From assembly GCA_964016885.1 (NCBI GenBank), contig OZ024752.1, positions 46,810,001-46,874,000 of the forward strand: a stretch of DNA of 64,000 nucleotides, written 5' to 3'. How positions within the stretch are numbered: the first letter of the stretch is position 1; each line of letters begins with the position of its first letter. Positions 37,818 to 46,521 of the stretch are shown one piece after another. The notes beneath the pieces were generated by a model that made no database searches, was not told the DNA's origin, and worked only from the letters and a program-made list of their open reading frames with translations. The stretch comes from Eledone cirrhosa. Its lineage: Eukaryota. A program made the position numbers and the translations under genes.

Positions 37818-38475
37818 GTATATTTATATATGTGTGTGTTTGAGTTTCTCAGCTTCCTAATCATTTCTTTACGAATTGTTTTTAAATATGATGGAATTAC
37901 TTTTTCTTATTAAAATATATTTTAATCTTGAAATTCATTGAGACGGTTGATTACTTTTCATTTTTAATGTTTTCATTTAATAGCAGAAAATAATCTCTTT
38001 TTTAAATGTTTGTATTAAATAAAAGGAAGTCTTCGATGGTGCGAGTGAAAATAATAAATATTAGAGTTTCATACTAAAATTTTATTTATATAGAACATAT
38101 TTTATTAAAATATCTTGTATATATAAACACAATTTATAGAAATTAATCAGAGGAAAGAAAAAAATAATCTGGAATAAATAAATAATGAGAAACAATCTAC
38201 AATACAACATTGATGGAATAGATAGATAAAAAAAATTACTAATGCATATATAAAATAGACAAGGAAGATAGTAAGATGACATAGCAGAAATGTGACCGGC
38301 AAGACCGGTTGATAAACAAATTGAGGAGGGCTAGAAAATAAATCCAACAAATGATTAAGACCTATGTAATGAAATTTATTTTATAAACACTCACAAGCTC
38401 TTGTTCTTTATCTTTTGGAGGAACCTTATCACTTTTTTCCTTAGAATCGGTATCGGTTTTCTTGTTATCCGCCAT
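14569..38475 (-). CDS. PSMD2: 26S proteasome non-ATPase regulatory subunit 2 (Rpn1), complete 22-exon gene, 2661 nt CDS / 886 aa
   Basis: Manually assembled exons with GT-AG boundaries and consistent phases: 38395-38475, 34387-34443, 33288-33452, 31706-31827, 30566-30790, 29916-30074, 28729-28873, 28540-28594, 27889-28020, 26963-27069, 25300-25427, 24376-24463, 23811-23979, 23100-23201, 21838-21908, 20177-20255, 19417-19499, 18593-18761, 17705-17926, 16712-16830, 15544-15658, 14569-14636. Hallmark motifs: [77 protein letters not shown]. Confidence 0.96.
14637..15543 (-). other. U12-type (minor spliceosome) GT-AG intron, PSMD2 intron 21
   Basis: 5' splice site GTATCCTTT; branch site TGCCTTAAC (14649-14657) ending 12 nt before the exon; no long polypyrimidine tract. 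Confidence 0.88.
15544..15658 (-). CDS. PSMD2: PSMD2 exon 21 ([38 protein letters not shown])
   Basis: CAG acceptor, GTATCCTTT (U12-type) donor, 115 nt. Confidence 0.93.
15701..16044 (+). mobile_element. tRNA-derived SINE family A (CORE-like domain, (TGA)n tail), full length
   Basis: A box TGGCTTAGTGG, B box GAGTTCAATTC, CCTTGAGCAAGACACTT core; near-identical copies elsewhere in the window. Confidence 0.85.
16081..16263 (-). mobile_element. SINE family B
   Basis: Reverse-complement match to 49557-49749. Confidence 0.78.
16712..16830 (-). CDS. PSMD2: PSMD2 exon 20 ([11 protein letters not shown]...QPRML...VSVRVGQ)
   Basis: CAG/GTAAGT, 119 nt. Confidence 0.93.
17705..17926 (-). CDS. PSMD2: PSMD2 exon 19 (GTNNARL...[18 protein letters not shown]...)
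   Basis: CAG/GTAAGT, 222 nt. Confidence 0.94.
18291..18514. mobile_element. piggyBac-like MITE
   Basis: Same TIRs and internal sequence. Confidence 0.78.
18593..18761 (-). CDS. PSMD2: PSMD2 exon 18 ([16 protein letters not shown]...MGIVGA)
   Basis: CAG/GTAAGG, 169 nt. Confidence 0.94.
19417..19499 (-). CDS. PSMD2: PSMD2 exon 17 ([28 protein letters not shown])
   Basis: CAG/GTAAGT, 83 nt. Confidence 0.93.
19772..19952. mobile_element. piggyBac-like MITE
   Basis: Diverged TIRs, TTAA on both sides. Confidence 0.72.
20177..20255 (-). CDS. PSMD2: PSMD2 exon 16 ([14 protein letters not shown]...DLSAQQ)
   Basis: CAG/GTGAGT, 79 nt; charged linker preceding xQGxAVxG. Confidence 0.85.
21051..21751. 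mobile_element. Tigger-like non-autonomous DNA transposon containing a SINE insertion (about 21340-21560)
   Basis: TA|CAGTAAAACCTCGTA ... TACGAGTTATCACTG|TA. Confidence 0.6.
21838..21908 (-). CDS. PSMD2: PSMD2 exon 15 ([18 protein letters not shown]...)
   Basis: TAG/GTCAGT, 71 nt. Confidence 0.92.
21974..22476. mobile_element. piggyBac-like MITE with internal 60-bp x6 tandem expansion
   Basis: TTAACCCTTTAGCATTTA start; 60-bp unit repeated 21986-22341. Confidence 0.78.
22702..23049 (-). mobile_element. SINE family A, full length
   Basis: Reverse-complement near-identical to 15701-16044. Confidence 0.85.
23100..23201 (-). CDS. PSMD2: PSMD2 exon 14 (GKQEGIE...ICAYA)
   Basis: AAG/GTAAGA, 102 nt. 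Confidence 0.92.
23811..23979 (-). CDS. PSMD2: PSMD2 exon 13 ([16 protein letters not shown]...[14 protein letters not shown])
   Basis: CAG/GTATGT, 169 nt. Confidence 0.92.
24376..24463 (-). CDS. PSMD2: PSMD2 exon 12 ([13 protein letters not shown]...)
   Basis: TAG/GTAGGT, 88 nt. Confidence 0.92.
24700..25140 (-). mobile_element. Decayed Tc1/mariner (DD37D/maT-like) transposase fragment in PSMD2 intron 11
   Basis: Minus-strand translation [11 protein letters not shown]...[43 protein letters not shown]...VVKPWI with stops/frameshifts. Confidence 0.7.
25300..25427 (-). CDS. PSMD2: PSMD2 exon 11 ([21 protein letters not shown]...)
   Basis: CAG/GTAAAT, 128 nt. Confidence 0.93.
25583..25797. 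mobile_element. piggyBac-like MITE
   Basis: TIRs with TTAA on both sides. Confidence 0.8.
26640..26900 (-). mobile_element. RTE-type LINE reverse transcriptase fragment
   Basis: Minus-strand [36 protein letters not shown]...VGLHHGS. Confidence 0.65.
26963..27069 (-). CDS. PSMD2: PSMD2 exon 10 ([29 protein letters not shown]...)
   Basis: CAG/GTAGGA, 107 nt. Confidence 0.93.
27683..27874 (-). mobile_element. SINE family B
   Basis: Reverse-complement match to 49557-49749. Confidence 0.78.
27889..28020 (-). CDS. PSMD2: PSMD2 exon 9 ([22 protein letters not shown]...)
   Basis: CAG/GTAAGT, 132 nt. Confidence 0.93.
28540..28594 (-). CDS. PSMD2: PSMD2 exon 8 ([18 protein letters not shown])
   Basis: CAG/GTGAGT, 55 nt, LDIxEPK motif. 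Confidence 0.88.
28729..28873 (-). CDS. PSMD2: PSMD2 exon 7 ([14 protein letters not shown]...)
   Basis: Within ORF 28684..28890; AG/GTAAGT, 145 nt. Confidence 0.92.
29250..29415 (-). mobile_element. SINE family A, 5' half
   Basis: tRNA head and core in reverse orientation. Confidence 0.7.
29611..29803. mobile_element. piggyBac-like MITE
   Basis: Same family; TTAA flanks. Confidence 0.75.
29916..30074 (-). CDS. PSMD2: PSMD2 exon 6 ([10 protein letters not shown]...)
   Basis: Within ORF 29912..30103; AG/GTGAGT, 159 nt. Confidence 0.92.
30566..30790 (-). CDS. PSMD2: PSMD2 exon 5 (HLAGEVV...[15 protein letters not shown]...RVCLYLT)
   Basis: Within ORF 30547..30810; AG/GT, 225 nt. Confidence 0.93.
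31343..31540. mobile_element. piggyBac-like MITE
   Basis: Same family. Confidence 0.72.
31706..31827 (-). CDS. PSMD2: PSMD2 exon 4 ([11 protein letters not shown]...WGHEYV)
   Basis: Conserved motif, AG/GTGAGT, 122 nt. Confidence 0.92.
33288..33452 (-). CDS. PSMD2: PSMD2 exon 3 (...[21 protein letters not shown]...)
   Basis: Conserved motif, AG/GTAAGT, 165 nt. Confidence 0.93.
34387..34443 (-). CDS. PSMD2: PSMD2 exon 2 ([19 protein letters not shown])
   Basis: TAG acceptor, GTAAGT donor, 57 nt, phase 0-0. Confidence 0.88.
34535..34856 (+). mobile_element. SINE family A
   Basis: Near-identical to 15701-16044 with a small internal deletion. Confidence 0.85.
35090..35480 (+). mobile_element. 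RTE-type LINE 3' fragment
   Basis: GSET...LRRLERNE...WYGHVMR...GRLRRTW...ADL. Confidence 0.65.
35633..35888. repeat. 48-bp tandem repeat x5, SINE-subunit derived
   Basis: CAAAAAGCACCCAGTCCACACTGTAAAGTGGTCATGTTGGTATTACGA. Confidence 0.9.
38395..38475 (-). CDS. PSMD2: PSMD2 exon 1 (MADNKKTD...KDKEQEL)
   Basis: AACATGG start context, 81 nt, GTGAGT donor; KDKEQEL matches the PSMD2 N-terminus. Confidence 0.88.
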
Positions 38476-39000
38476 GTTGCTTGCTAACGTTTAAACGAGA
38501 TTTCGCAATTACAAATTTACAATGTTGAACGTTAGTTTCTTCCAATTATCAAAATAATTTTCATTATCAAGTAAAATGCTTCTTTTTAACTTATTGAAAA
38601 CAATATACGCAATTTTTACAAGCATTTAGAAACAATTATTTAAAAAAAATTAAAAATGTAATATGTATTACCCAGAATGCTTCAAAAGCATGCAGCCGAT
38701 AAGACTAAATGTATTAGGACCCACCGGAGACAAACTTATAAATTAGACGAAAAGAGAAGATTTTCAATGAAATGGATTAGAATTTTCACTGAAAACTTTA
38801 TACAATTAAAAGAAAACAACATTAATTAATTTATTTATCATTTGAATATACATATCACCTTTAAAAACAATCTATTGAGGTATGTTTAAGTAGTTTCTAT
38901 AGCAACCGTTCAGTCTTATAATTTTATTTTGTTATTTAAACAAACCCTTTACCCACAATGAAAAAAGAAATTGTCACTGTTTATTATATTTATAAGTCAT
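38476..39000. promoter_or_regulatory. Putative bidirectional promoter PSMD2(-)/KIF17(+)
   Basis: Repeat-free region upstream of the PSMD2 ATG. YY1-like CGCCATGTT overlaps the ATG; ZNF143/Staf-like TTACCCAGAATGC (38668-38680) and TTACCCACAATG (38949-38960); X-box at 38893-38906. Confidence 0.55.
38893..38906. promoter_or_regulatory. RFX X-box motif GTTTCTATAGCAAC
   Basis: 14-bp match to the GTHNYY-AT-RRNAAC X-box consensus, upstream of a ciliary kinesin. Confidence 0.65.
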
Positions 39001-39439
39001 TTTTATCTACAGAATATTAAATAATAAAAAAAAAACATGTTAAAGTGTAAGTTTTGCTCAGTTTTCAACTTAGAGAATTGAAATCTGATTAATAATATCA
39101 TTTCTTGTGTAATGAACATGTATCTAATTATTAAGTGGTTATAGATGTGGAAAAGTTTGTAGTTTGTGTGCATATCATTGCAGAACGAAAGTATAATATA
39201 TATAGTCTTTTTTGTTCCTTTCGGTACAAAAGTAACTTTATTAGAACGTTTGTTATTCCAAATTGTAGTTGTTTATGAATCATGGTGGTGACAGCTGGTA
39301 TCCGCCTTCTGAAAGCAAAAGAGAAATTTCTCTGTATATATTATATAAAAGACTATGAAAATGAGCACTAAGGACTTAGTTAAGTACCGAAGTTGTCTTA
39401 TTGTCTTCTTGGACAACAGCTATAACTGAAACATACCAT

Positions 39440-40611
39440 CTGGTAAAAGGCCAGATGGTATAACCATCTTCCAGTTCCGCAGTGGCAAACCCCTCGGATG
39501 CCACTTGCAGCGACACATTCTCCAGCTGCAGCCTGTGACTAACCCAGGTTCTGCTGCACTTCGGGATGAGGAGGGAAAACTATCTAAGTACCTGTCGCTC
39601 TCCGACAGGTTTGCAGTCATGCCCCTAGCTGTGGAGGATATCCTTGGCCCTAGGGCTACCTCCCTACTTACCACCATAGGCGCTGAGCTGAGTACTCCTA
39701 GCAGTGCAGACTTCTGGTGTCCTTGGCCCTAGGGCTACCTCCCTACTTACCACCATAGGCGCTGAGCTGACTACTCCTAGCAGTGGAGACTTCTGGTGTC
39801 CTTGGCCCTAGGGCTACCTCCCTACTTACCACCATAGGCGCTGAGCTGACTACTCCTAGCAGTGGAGACTTCTGGTGTCCTTGGCCCTAGGGCTACCTCC
39901 CTACTTACCACCATAGGCGCTGAGCTGACTACTCCTAGCAGTGGAGACTTCTGGTGTCCTTGGCCCTAGGGCTACCTCCCTACTTACCACCATAGGCGCT
40001 GAGCTGACTACTCCTAGCAGTGGAGACTTCTGGTGTCCTTGGCCCTAGGGCTACCTCCCTACTTACCACCATAGGCGCTGAGCTGACTACTCCTAGCAGT
40101 GGAGACTTCTGGTGTCCTTGGCCCTAGGTAGGGCTACCTCCCTACTTACCACCATAGGCGCTGAGCTGACTACTCCTAGCAGTGGAGACTTCTGGTGTCC
40201 TTGGCCCTAGGGCTACCTCCCTACTTACCACCATAGGCGCTGAGCTGACTACTCCTAGCAGTGGAGACTTCTGGTGTCCTTGGCCCTAGGTAGGGCTACC
40301 TCCCTACTTACCACCATAGGCGCTGAGCTGACTACTCCTAGCAGTGCAGACTTCTGGTGTCCTTGGCCCTAGGGCTACCTCCCTACTTACCACCATAGGC
40401 GCTGAGCTGACTACTCCTAGCGGTGGAGACTTCTGGTGTCCTTGGCCCTAGGGCTACCTCCCTACTTACCACCATAGGCACTGTGCTGGCTAGCCGCAGG
40501 TGTGAGCCTCGCGAGATGGAATGGTTCTTCCAGCGCATCTCCCTTACCATCCTCCGGGGAAACGCCTTCTCCATTCTATCTGCCAGCACGTGGGGCCCCA
40601 CTTGCTCATAA
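39440..40611 (+). mobile_element. CRE-like non-LTR retrotransposon 3' relic (restriction-like endonuclease region) interrupted by a 79-bp minisatellite
   Basis: GKRPDGITIF...DATCSDTF...AA..E..KLSKY...FAVMPLAVETSGVLGPRA...[18 protein letters not shown]. Confidence 0.65.
39643..40479. repeat. 79-bp minisatellite, about 10.5 near-identical units
   Basis: Unit CTTGGCCCTAGGGCTACCTCCCTACTTACCACCATAGGCGCTGAGCTGACTACTCCTAGCAGTGGAGACTTCTGGTGTC starting at 39643, 39722, 39801, 39880, 39959... Confidence 0.95.
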
Positions 40612-40829
40612 TACAGAGAGATGGAGGCGATGACAGTAGGAGTTCGGACCTGGTGTGCAGCGCCAGTTGTCCATAGGAGGGAGTGGTTTGTACTTAGCAA
40701 AGGTTTTTGGAACCTTGTGTTTGCAATTAAATGTCCTATAGACTGGCTCAAAAAACTAAAAAAAATTAATCAATGTACTGAAACATTCAGCAGAATTACA
40801 AATGGTTAATGGAGCTAAAGGTGAGTGAG

Positions 40830-41100
40830 AAATAATATGGTCGCAGCCGAAATGAGGTTCCTCCGAAGGATCTTTGGAGTAACGTTACTTGATAGAGTGC
40901 GTAGCTCAAATAGTCACTCCAAGTAGAGCCGCTACTTCTATGAATTGAGAGATCAAAGCTTCAATGCTACTGGCATATGGTTAAAATGTCTCAGGAAAGA
41001 ATCACTGGACAGATTTTACGGGCAAAACTAACCAACAGGAGACCCAGGGATAGACTCCTGGCAAGATTGTTGGATAACATCCATGAGCTTGGCTGGAATA
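40830..41100 (+). mobile_element. RTE-type LINE 3' fragment
   Basis: AAEMRFLRRIFGVTLLDRVRS...WHMVKM..ER...RRPR. Confidence 0.6.
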
Positions 41101-41379
41101 AGTGGGCGAAGAAGAAGAGAAGTTTTGTAACATGGTGGTTTCATGGATTTTGGTATCTAAGGGGTTAAAGCAATATTTGAAGAACTCAGTCTATTGGAGG
41201 ATTAATGAGAGGAGGACTGAAAATCGTCTTTCAAAATCAAAACGAAGCAAGACTTTTTCAATTCATCCCTGAATGGAAACATCATTAAAGTGTTGTGGTA
41301 GTATTGGTGCCATGATAAAATGCACCCAGTACTCTCTGTAAAATAGTAATGCTGGTGGTAAGGCATACTGTATGCCCTG

Positions 41380-41665
41380 TCGCCAGCTTTGAGAGAGATA
41401 TATGCCGACCACCTACGCATATCTGTCATTGTACGTAAAAGGAGAGTAAGATTTGCTGGCCACTGTCATCGTGCCACCTATGAGGTCGTGTCCCCATTAG
41501 TGCTTTGGAAACCACAAGCAGTCATTAATAACAGGGGAGCGAGCTCTCCTATCCCGATGTCATCTTCAGAGATTCTGGTATTGAAATCCAATTCTTGCCA
41601 AGGGCAATGAATGACAGACCCACGTGGAGATCAATTGTTGAGGCCACTGGATGATGATGATGATG
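41380..41665 (+). mobile_element. LINE 3' fragment (RR.RFAGHC.R motif) with (GAT)n tail; related relic at about 10200-10400
   Basis: ORF 41389..41610 EIYADHLRISVIVRKRRVRFAGHCHRA...LVLWKP. Confidence 0.6.
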
Positions 41666-43093
41666 CCCTGTAAACAGTAATGCTGGTGATACAATAAAAT
41701 GCACCAAGTACACTCTGTAAAGTGATAGTATTGGTGCCAATATTAATTACAGATACAATTCATTTGACAAGCTTCCACATAGTATTTCCATATAACTAAT
41801 TTAATTCCCAAAGCTTGGGTTGACCCGAGACAATGGTAAGGACATTTACCTATGATGCTATTCTATGGAATAGAACCCCCCACCACCAAACTTCTTAACT
41901 ACTCTGCAATATCTTTTATATATCAATACTCATCTTTTTCCATTTCTCAGAGGGTTCTAAACCCCACTATCAGGTTAAAATTTCTTTAGTAAAAAATACA
42001 GTGAAACCTATTTTCTAATTAAGTCAAGTGGATTAATTCAAGCCAACAATAAAAAACTGTCTTTGACTGTTTTGTGTTCATTTGAGTAATAGAAAAAAAA
42101 AAAAGATATGAAGAATAGAAGAAAAAGAAGAGAAATAAAATGAAAGAAGAAATTAAACAAAAGAAAGAGGTGGAAGCAATAGACTCAACACATGACTTAA
42201 CCATCTCATTCCATTTCTCTTTACAACATCCATCAATGGCTCTATTCCTCTCACTCAGTCACTTTCATCCTTCCTCAACACATGACCTAACCATCTCATT
42301 CCATTTTTCTTCACAACATCCATCTCACAATATTGAATCTATCAATACATCCCATGTTTTGAGACACATGAGACAACCAAAGTGTTCCAATGACCACCAC
42401 GGTCAGTTACATCTATCAATACATCCCATGTCTTGAGACACATGAGACAACCAAAGTGTTCCAATGACCACCACGGTCAGTTACATCTATCAATACATCC
42501 CATGTCTTGAGACACATGAGGCAGCCAAAGTGACTACGGTCAGTTACATCTATCAATACAACATTTCAACTTTTGTTGACAGGTTTCAGATCTCTAGTGA
42601 TTATCCGCCACCAGTTCATCTTTGGATGTCCTCTTTGCCTCTTTCCATGGAGGTACCAACAGAGGACCTGATTTGCATGTCTTTCACTTGGGAGTCATCT
42701 GATGTGCAGTCAAACAGGCGCTTGGACATGATGTTGGCATTAAAAACAATAAAAGAAAGGAACTAATTATCAAATTGGATTAAGGATACTATGTTTCAAT
42801 TAGTCTTTCTGTTACTAATATTATCTCTTGATCACAATTCTTGGCAAAAGGAAGCCGGATTTGAAATCAGAACATATAGAGCTGGATCAGATACTGATAC
42901 GGCAATACATCCCATCTAACACTTTAACAATTACACAAATACACCCCACTTTTGGAACTGGTACTGAAAAGATGAGGAGTAAAGGTGACCTCATAAGGAT
43001 CTGAAGTCAGAGTACAGAAAACTGGAACAAATATCGGAACACTCTAACAACTCTTCTAATTTGATCCTCCCTCGCACCTTTTTGTTTTTTGTA

Positions 43094-43545
43094 TTAACCC
43101 TTTAGCATTTAAACTGGCTATATCTGACCAGAATTCTCTCACCTCTTTTTGTTGAAACTGGCTGTAACCAGCCCCTCATACTGATATTAACCCTTTAGCA
43201 TTTACATTACTCTATATATACTATTGTATTTTCACGGTAAAGGCTTTATCTCACATAATTATCTCATATAATATCGAAGCTACGCAATTTTGATATTGTT
43301 TATTTTGAGAGCAATACCTTAACAATGGTACGAGCAGCCAGTTATGGCCGGTTTGAACAGAAGGAGGTGAAAGAATTCTGGCTGGATACGGCCAGTTTAA
43401 ATGCTATAGGGTTAAGGTATTGTTCTCAAAATAGATAATACCAAAATCTCAGATTCCATATTATGTGAGATAATTGTGTAAGATAAAGCCTTTACTTTGA
43501 AAATATAATAGTATATATAGACTAATGTAAATGCTAAAGGGTTAA
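43094..43545. mobile_element. Nested piggyBac-like MITEs (inner copy 43187-43415, inverted, inside an outer copy)
   Basis: Inner element flanked by a duplicated TTAA at the outer element's internal TTAA. Confidence 0.82.
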
Positions 43546-43924
43546 GATAAGATTTGCTTGTGCATCTAATTAAGATAAGATATATTTGTGTTTCCAATTA
43601 TGACGATAGTAAGTAATTATTAAATTAAACTCATTATGTCTAGTTTTTAGTAATTGCCAGAATAGCATTTGTTAAGTAGAATAACAAGTGTTTATTATTG
43701 ATTATTTACTCTCTATTGACTTAAGTTTGTTTATGATAATATGTAGAAAATGGTTCTGATTAACTCTAGACACATCTAATTAGACAGATCTAATTAAGAA
43801 CTATCATTATCATCATTGGCAGAGTCATTAAGATGTTGAATAGAATGCTTTGTGGTATTTGTTCTTGCTCCTCTGTACACTGGGTTCAAATTCCCCTGAG
43901 GCCAAATTTACCTTTGTACAGGGT

Positions 43925-44165
43925 GCTGTAGCACTAGCACTATCACTTTATAGAGTGTACTGGGTGCATTTTATTATGGCACCAGTACTAACACTTTACA
44001 GAGTGTACTGGGTGAATTTTATTATGACTCTAGCACTGCTACTTTACAGAATGCACTGGGTGTATTCTATCATGACTCCAGCACTACTACTTTACAGAGT
44101 GTACAGGAGTAATTTTATCATGACACCAGTACTACCACTTTACAGAGTGTATTGGGTGCATTTTT
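43925..44165. repeat. Degenerate 45-bp tandem repeat (same SINE subunit, reverse orientation) abutting the KIF17 acceptor
   Basis: CACTTTACAGAGTGTACTGGGTG...TTTTATTATGAC x5. Confidence 0.75.
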
Positions 44166-44217
44166 ATATATTTATGTTTTCTACTTTTAGGACTGCCACT
44201 GCAAAATATTGCTCAAG

Positions 44218-44448
44218 ATGGCTGCTGAATGTGTGAAAGTAATAGTTCGTTGTCGTCCAATGAACGAGAGGGAAAATAATCTCAAGTGTAAGCCAGTTAT
44301 AAAGATTGATGGTATCCGGGGTCAATGTATTCTTTGTAATCCCACACAACAGTCTGCCCCACCTAAAACATTCACTTTTGATGGAGCATATGGCAAGGAT
44401 TCTTTCACAGAACAGATATATAATGAGATTTCATATCCCTTGATTGAA
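44218..44448 (+). CDS. KIF17: Kinesin-2 family KIF17/OSM-3, first coding exon (motor domain N-terminus); no further exon found in the window
   Basis: MAAECVKVIVRCRPMNERE...PPKTFTFDGAY...TEQIYNEISYPLIE followed by GTAAGT. FTFDGAY...TEQIYNEIxYPLxE is typical of KIF17 rather than KIF3. The acceptor TTTTAG at 44185-44190 implies an upstream non-coding exon. Confidence 0.88.
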
Positions 44449-44487
44449 GTAAGTAAACATCTTAATATTTTTTTATAATTATGAAAT

Positions 44488-44793
44488 AATAATTGTTTCT
44501 ACTATTGGCACAAGGCCAGCAATTATCCCAATACATTACTGGTATTTTATTTTATCGACCCCGTAAGGATGAAAGGCAAAGAATAATGGTTTCTTATATA
44601 GGCCCAAGGCCAGTAATTTGGGGAGAAGGGGAAAGTCGATTAAATCGACCCCAGTGCGTGACTGGTACTTTATTTTATCGACCCCGTAATGATGAAAGCA
44701 AAGTTAACCTTGGCGGGATTTGAACTCAGATCATAAAGGGCCGTAACTCTATAGCGTCCGACCCTCTATCGATATTGCCAATCCACCACCCTT
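44488..44793 (-). mobile_element. SINE family B, composite of two copies
   Basis: Two tail segments plus one head. Confidence 0.7.
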
Positions 44794-45221
44794 TTTACTT
44801 ATGAAATAATCATGAAAATTATTGTGTACAGTGTTCAGGTGCACTACAATTCATCAAAGGTGCATGTATGTGAATTTAAGGAGCTGGCATGGCTGCGTGG
44901 TGAAGGAGTTTGCTTTGTTATCACTTGATTTTAAGTTCTGTTCCATTGCATATCACCTTGTGCAAATGTCTTTTACTATAATCTTGGGTTGACTAATGTA
45001 TTTTGAGTCAAGTTGTGTGGAATTATGTTGTGTGTGTGTAGCATAAAATATACAGATAGATTATCAAACTCAGAGAAATAATTAACCCTTTAGCATTTAA
45101 ACTGGCTATATCTGGTCAGAATTCTCTCATCTCATTCTGTTGAAACTGGCTGTTACTGATCTTAAGGTATTCTTCTTAACATAAATAATATCAAAATCTC
45201 ATAGATTCCATATTAAAGTAT

Positions 45222-45385
45222 AATAATTGTTTCTACTTTTGGCACAAGGCCAGCAATTATCGACCCCGTAAGGATGAAAGGCAAAGTTAGCCTCGGCGGG
45301 ATTTGAACTCAGTCCGTAAAGGGACGTAACTGTGCTGCAAAGCATGGCACCCGACCCTCTACCGATACTGACAATTCACCACCCT
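45222..45385 (-). mobile_element. SINE family B (internally deleted)
   Basis: Match to 49557-49749. Confidence 0.72.
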
Positions 45386-45804
45386 ATTAAAGTATAATAA
45401 TGATTGGTGAAATATTAATTATTGTATTTTAGAGAATAGAAGTGAATGATAATCATACTGGTATTTTTATTTAGAAGTTATAAACTAAATCTTATGGAAT
45501 GTCCATAAGTTTTTATCTCACTAGACTAAAATTTCTTGCCACAAAATAAAAAGAGTTGACATATTAAGAGGAGGTAATTCTTGATTTTAAGTATTCTCCC
45601 TTTAAATTCTAAGGATTTATCAATAAATCTTCCTATTAAAGATTTGTCTCTCTTTGTTTTCATAAGAACAGATTATTTTCACTCTGAAAGCCAGAAAAAA
45701 TCAGAAGAAATTGGTCTAAAAGTGAACGTGTTAAAACAGACACAAGTCCTAGACTAATAATTAAATCATACAGCCATGTTTACGCTTACTAGTAATTATT
45801 ATAC

Positions 45805-46150
45805 AGCATAGTTACGTCCTTTTACGATCTGAGTTCAAATCCCGCCGAGGTTGACTTTGCCTTTCATCCTTACGGGGTCGATAAAATAAAGTACCAGTAA
45901 TGTACTGGGTAATTGCTGGCCTTGTGCCTAAAGTAGAAACAATTATATTAACTCTGCGTTGGATTGGCAGTATCGGTAGATGGTCGGGCGCCATGCTTTG
46001 AAGCATAGAGTTACCTCCCGTTATGATCTGAGTTCAAATCCCGCCGAGGTTAACTTTGCCTTTCATCCTTACGGGGTCGATAAAATAAAGTACCAGTAAT
46101 GCACTGGGTACTTGCTGACCTTGTGCCAAAAGTTGAAACAATTATATTAA
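45805..46150 (+). mobile_element. SINE family B tandem dimer
   Basis: Two consecutive copies, each ending GAAACAATTATATTAACTCT. Confidence 0.75.
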
Positions 46151-46507
46151 CTCTAGAGATTAGAAATCAAAGAATATCGTAGTGGATTTTATTTAGAAGT
46201 TATAAACTAAATTTTTATAGAACTTCCATTAATGTTTACCTGATTACATTAAATTTCTTAGCCGAGAAAAAAAAAATGTCATATTCAGGGGAGATAATTT
46301 CTGATCATTAGTTTTATCCCTTGAAATTCAAAGGGAGATAATAATATCTTTATATTAAAGATTTGTCTCTCTTTTCGTTCGTTATTTATTTATTTTTTTT
46401 TTTTAAAAAGAGAAATATTTTAACGATGGAAGCAAGAAAATGTCAGAAATTGGTATAAAAAAATTATGATTTGCAATTACTTATCTACAAGAAGTAAATG
46501 TCTTAAT

Positions 46508-46521
46508 GTTTCTATGACAAC
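46508..46521. promoter_or_regulatory. Second RFX X-box-like motif GTTTCTATGACAAC in the KIF17 intron
   Basis: 14-bp consensus match in a non-repetitive island. Confidence 0.45.

Noticed and set aside
39298-39306. GTATCC as a possible U12 donor for a KIF17 5'-UTR exon
   Set aside because: It continues GCC rather than TTT, and the KIF17 acceptor at 44190 has a U2-style pyrimidine tract with no CCTTAAC.
39643-40479. CRISPR-like appearance of the regular 79-bp array (also the 44-bp array at 52959-53824)
   Set aside because: Units are contiguous with no unique spacers, there are no cas genes, and the context is eukaryotic.
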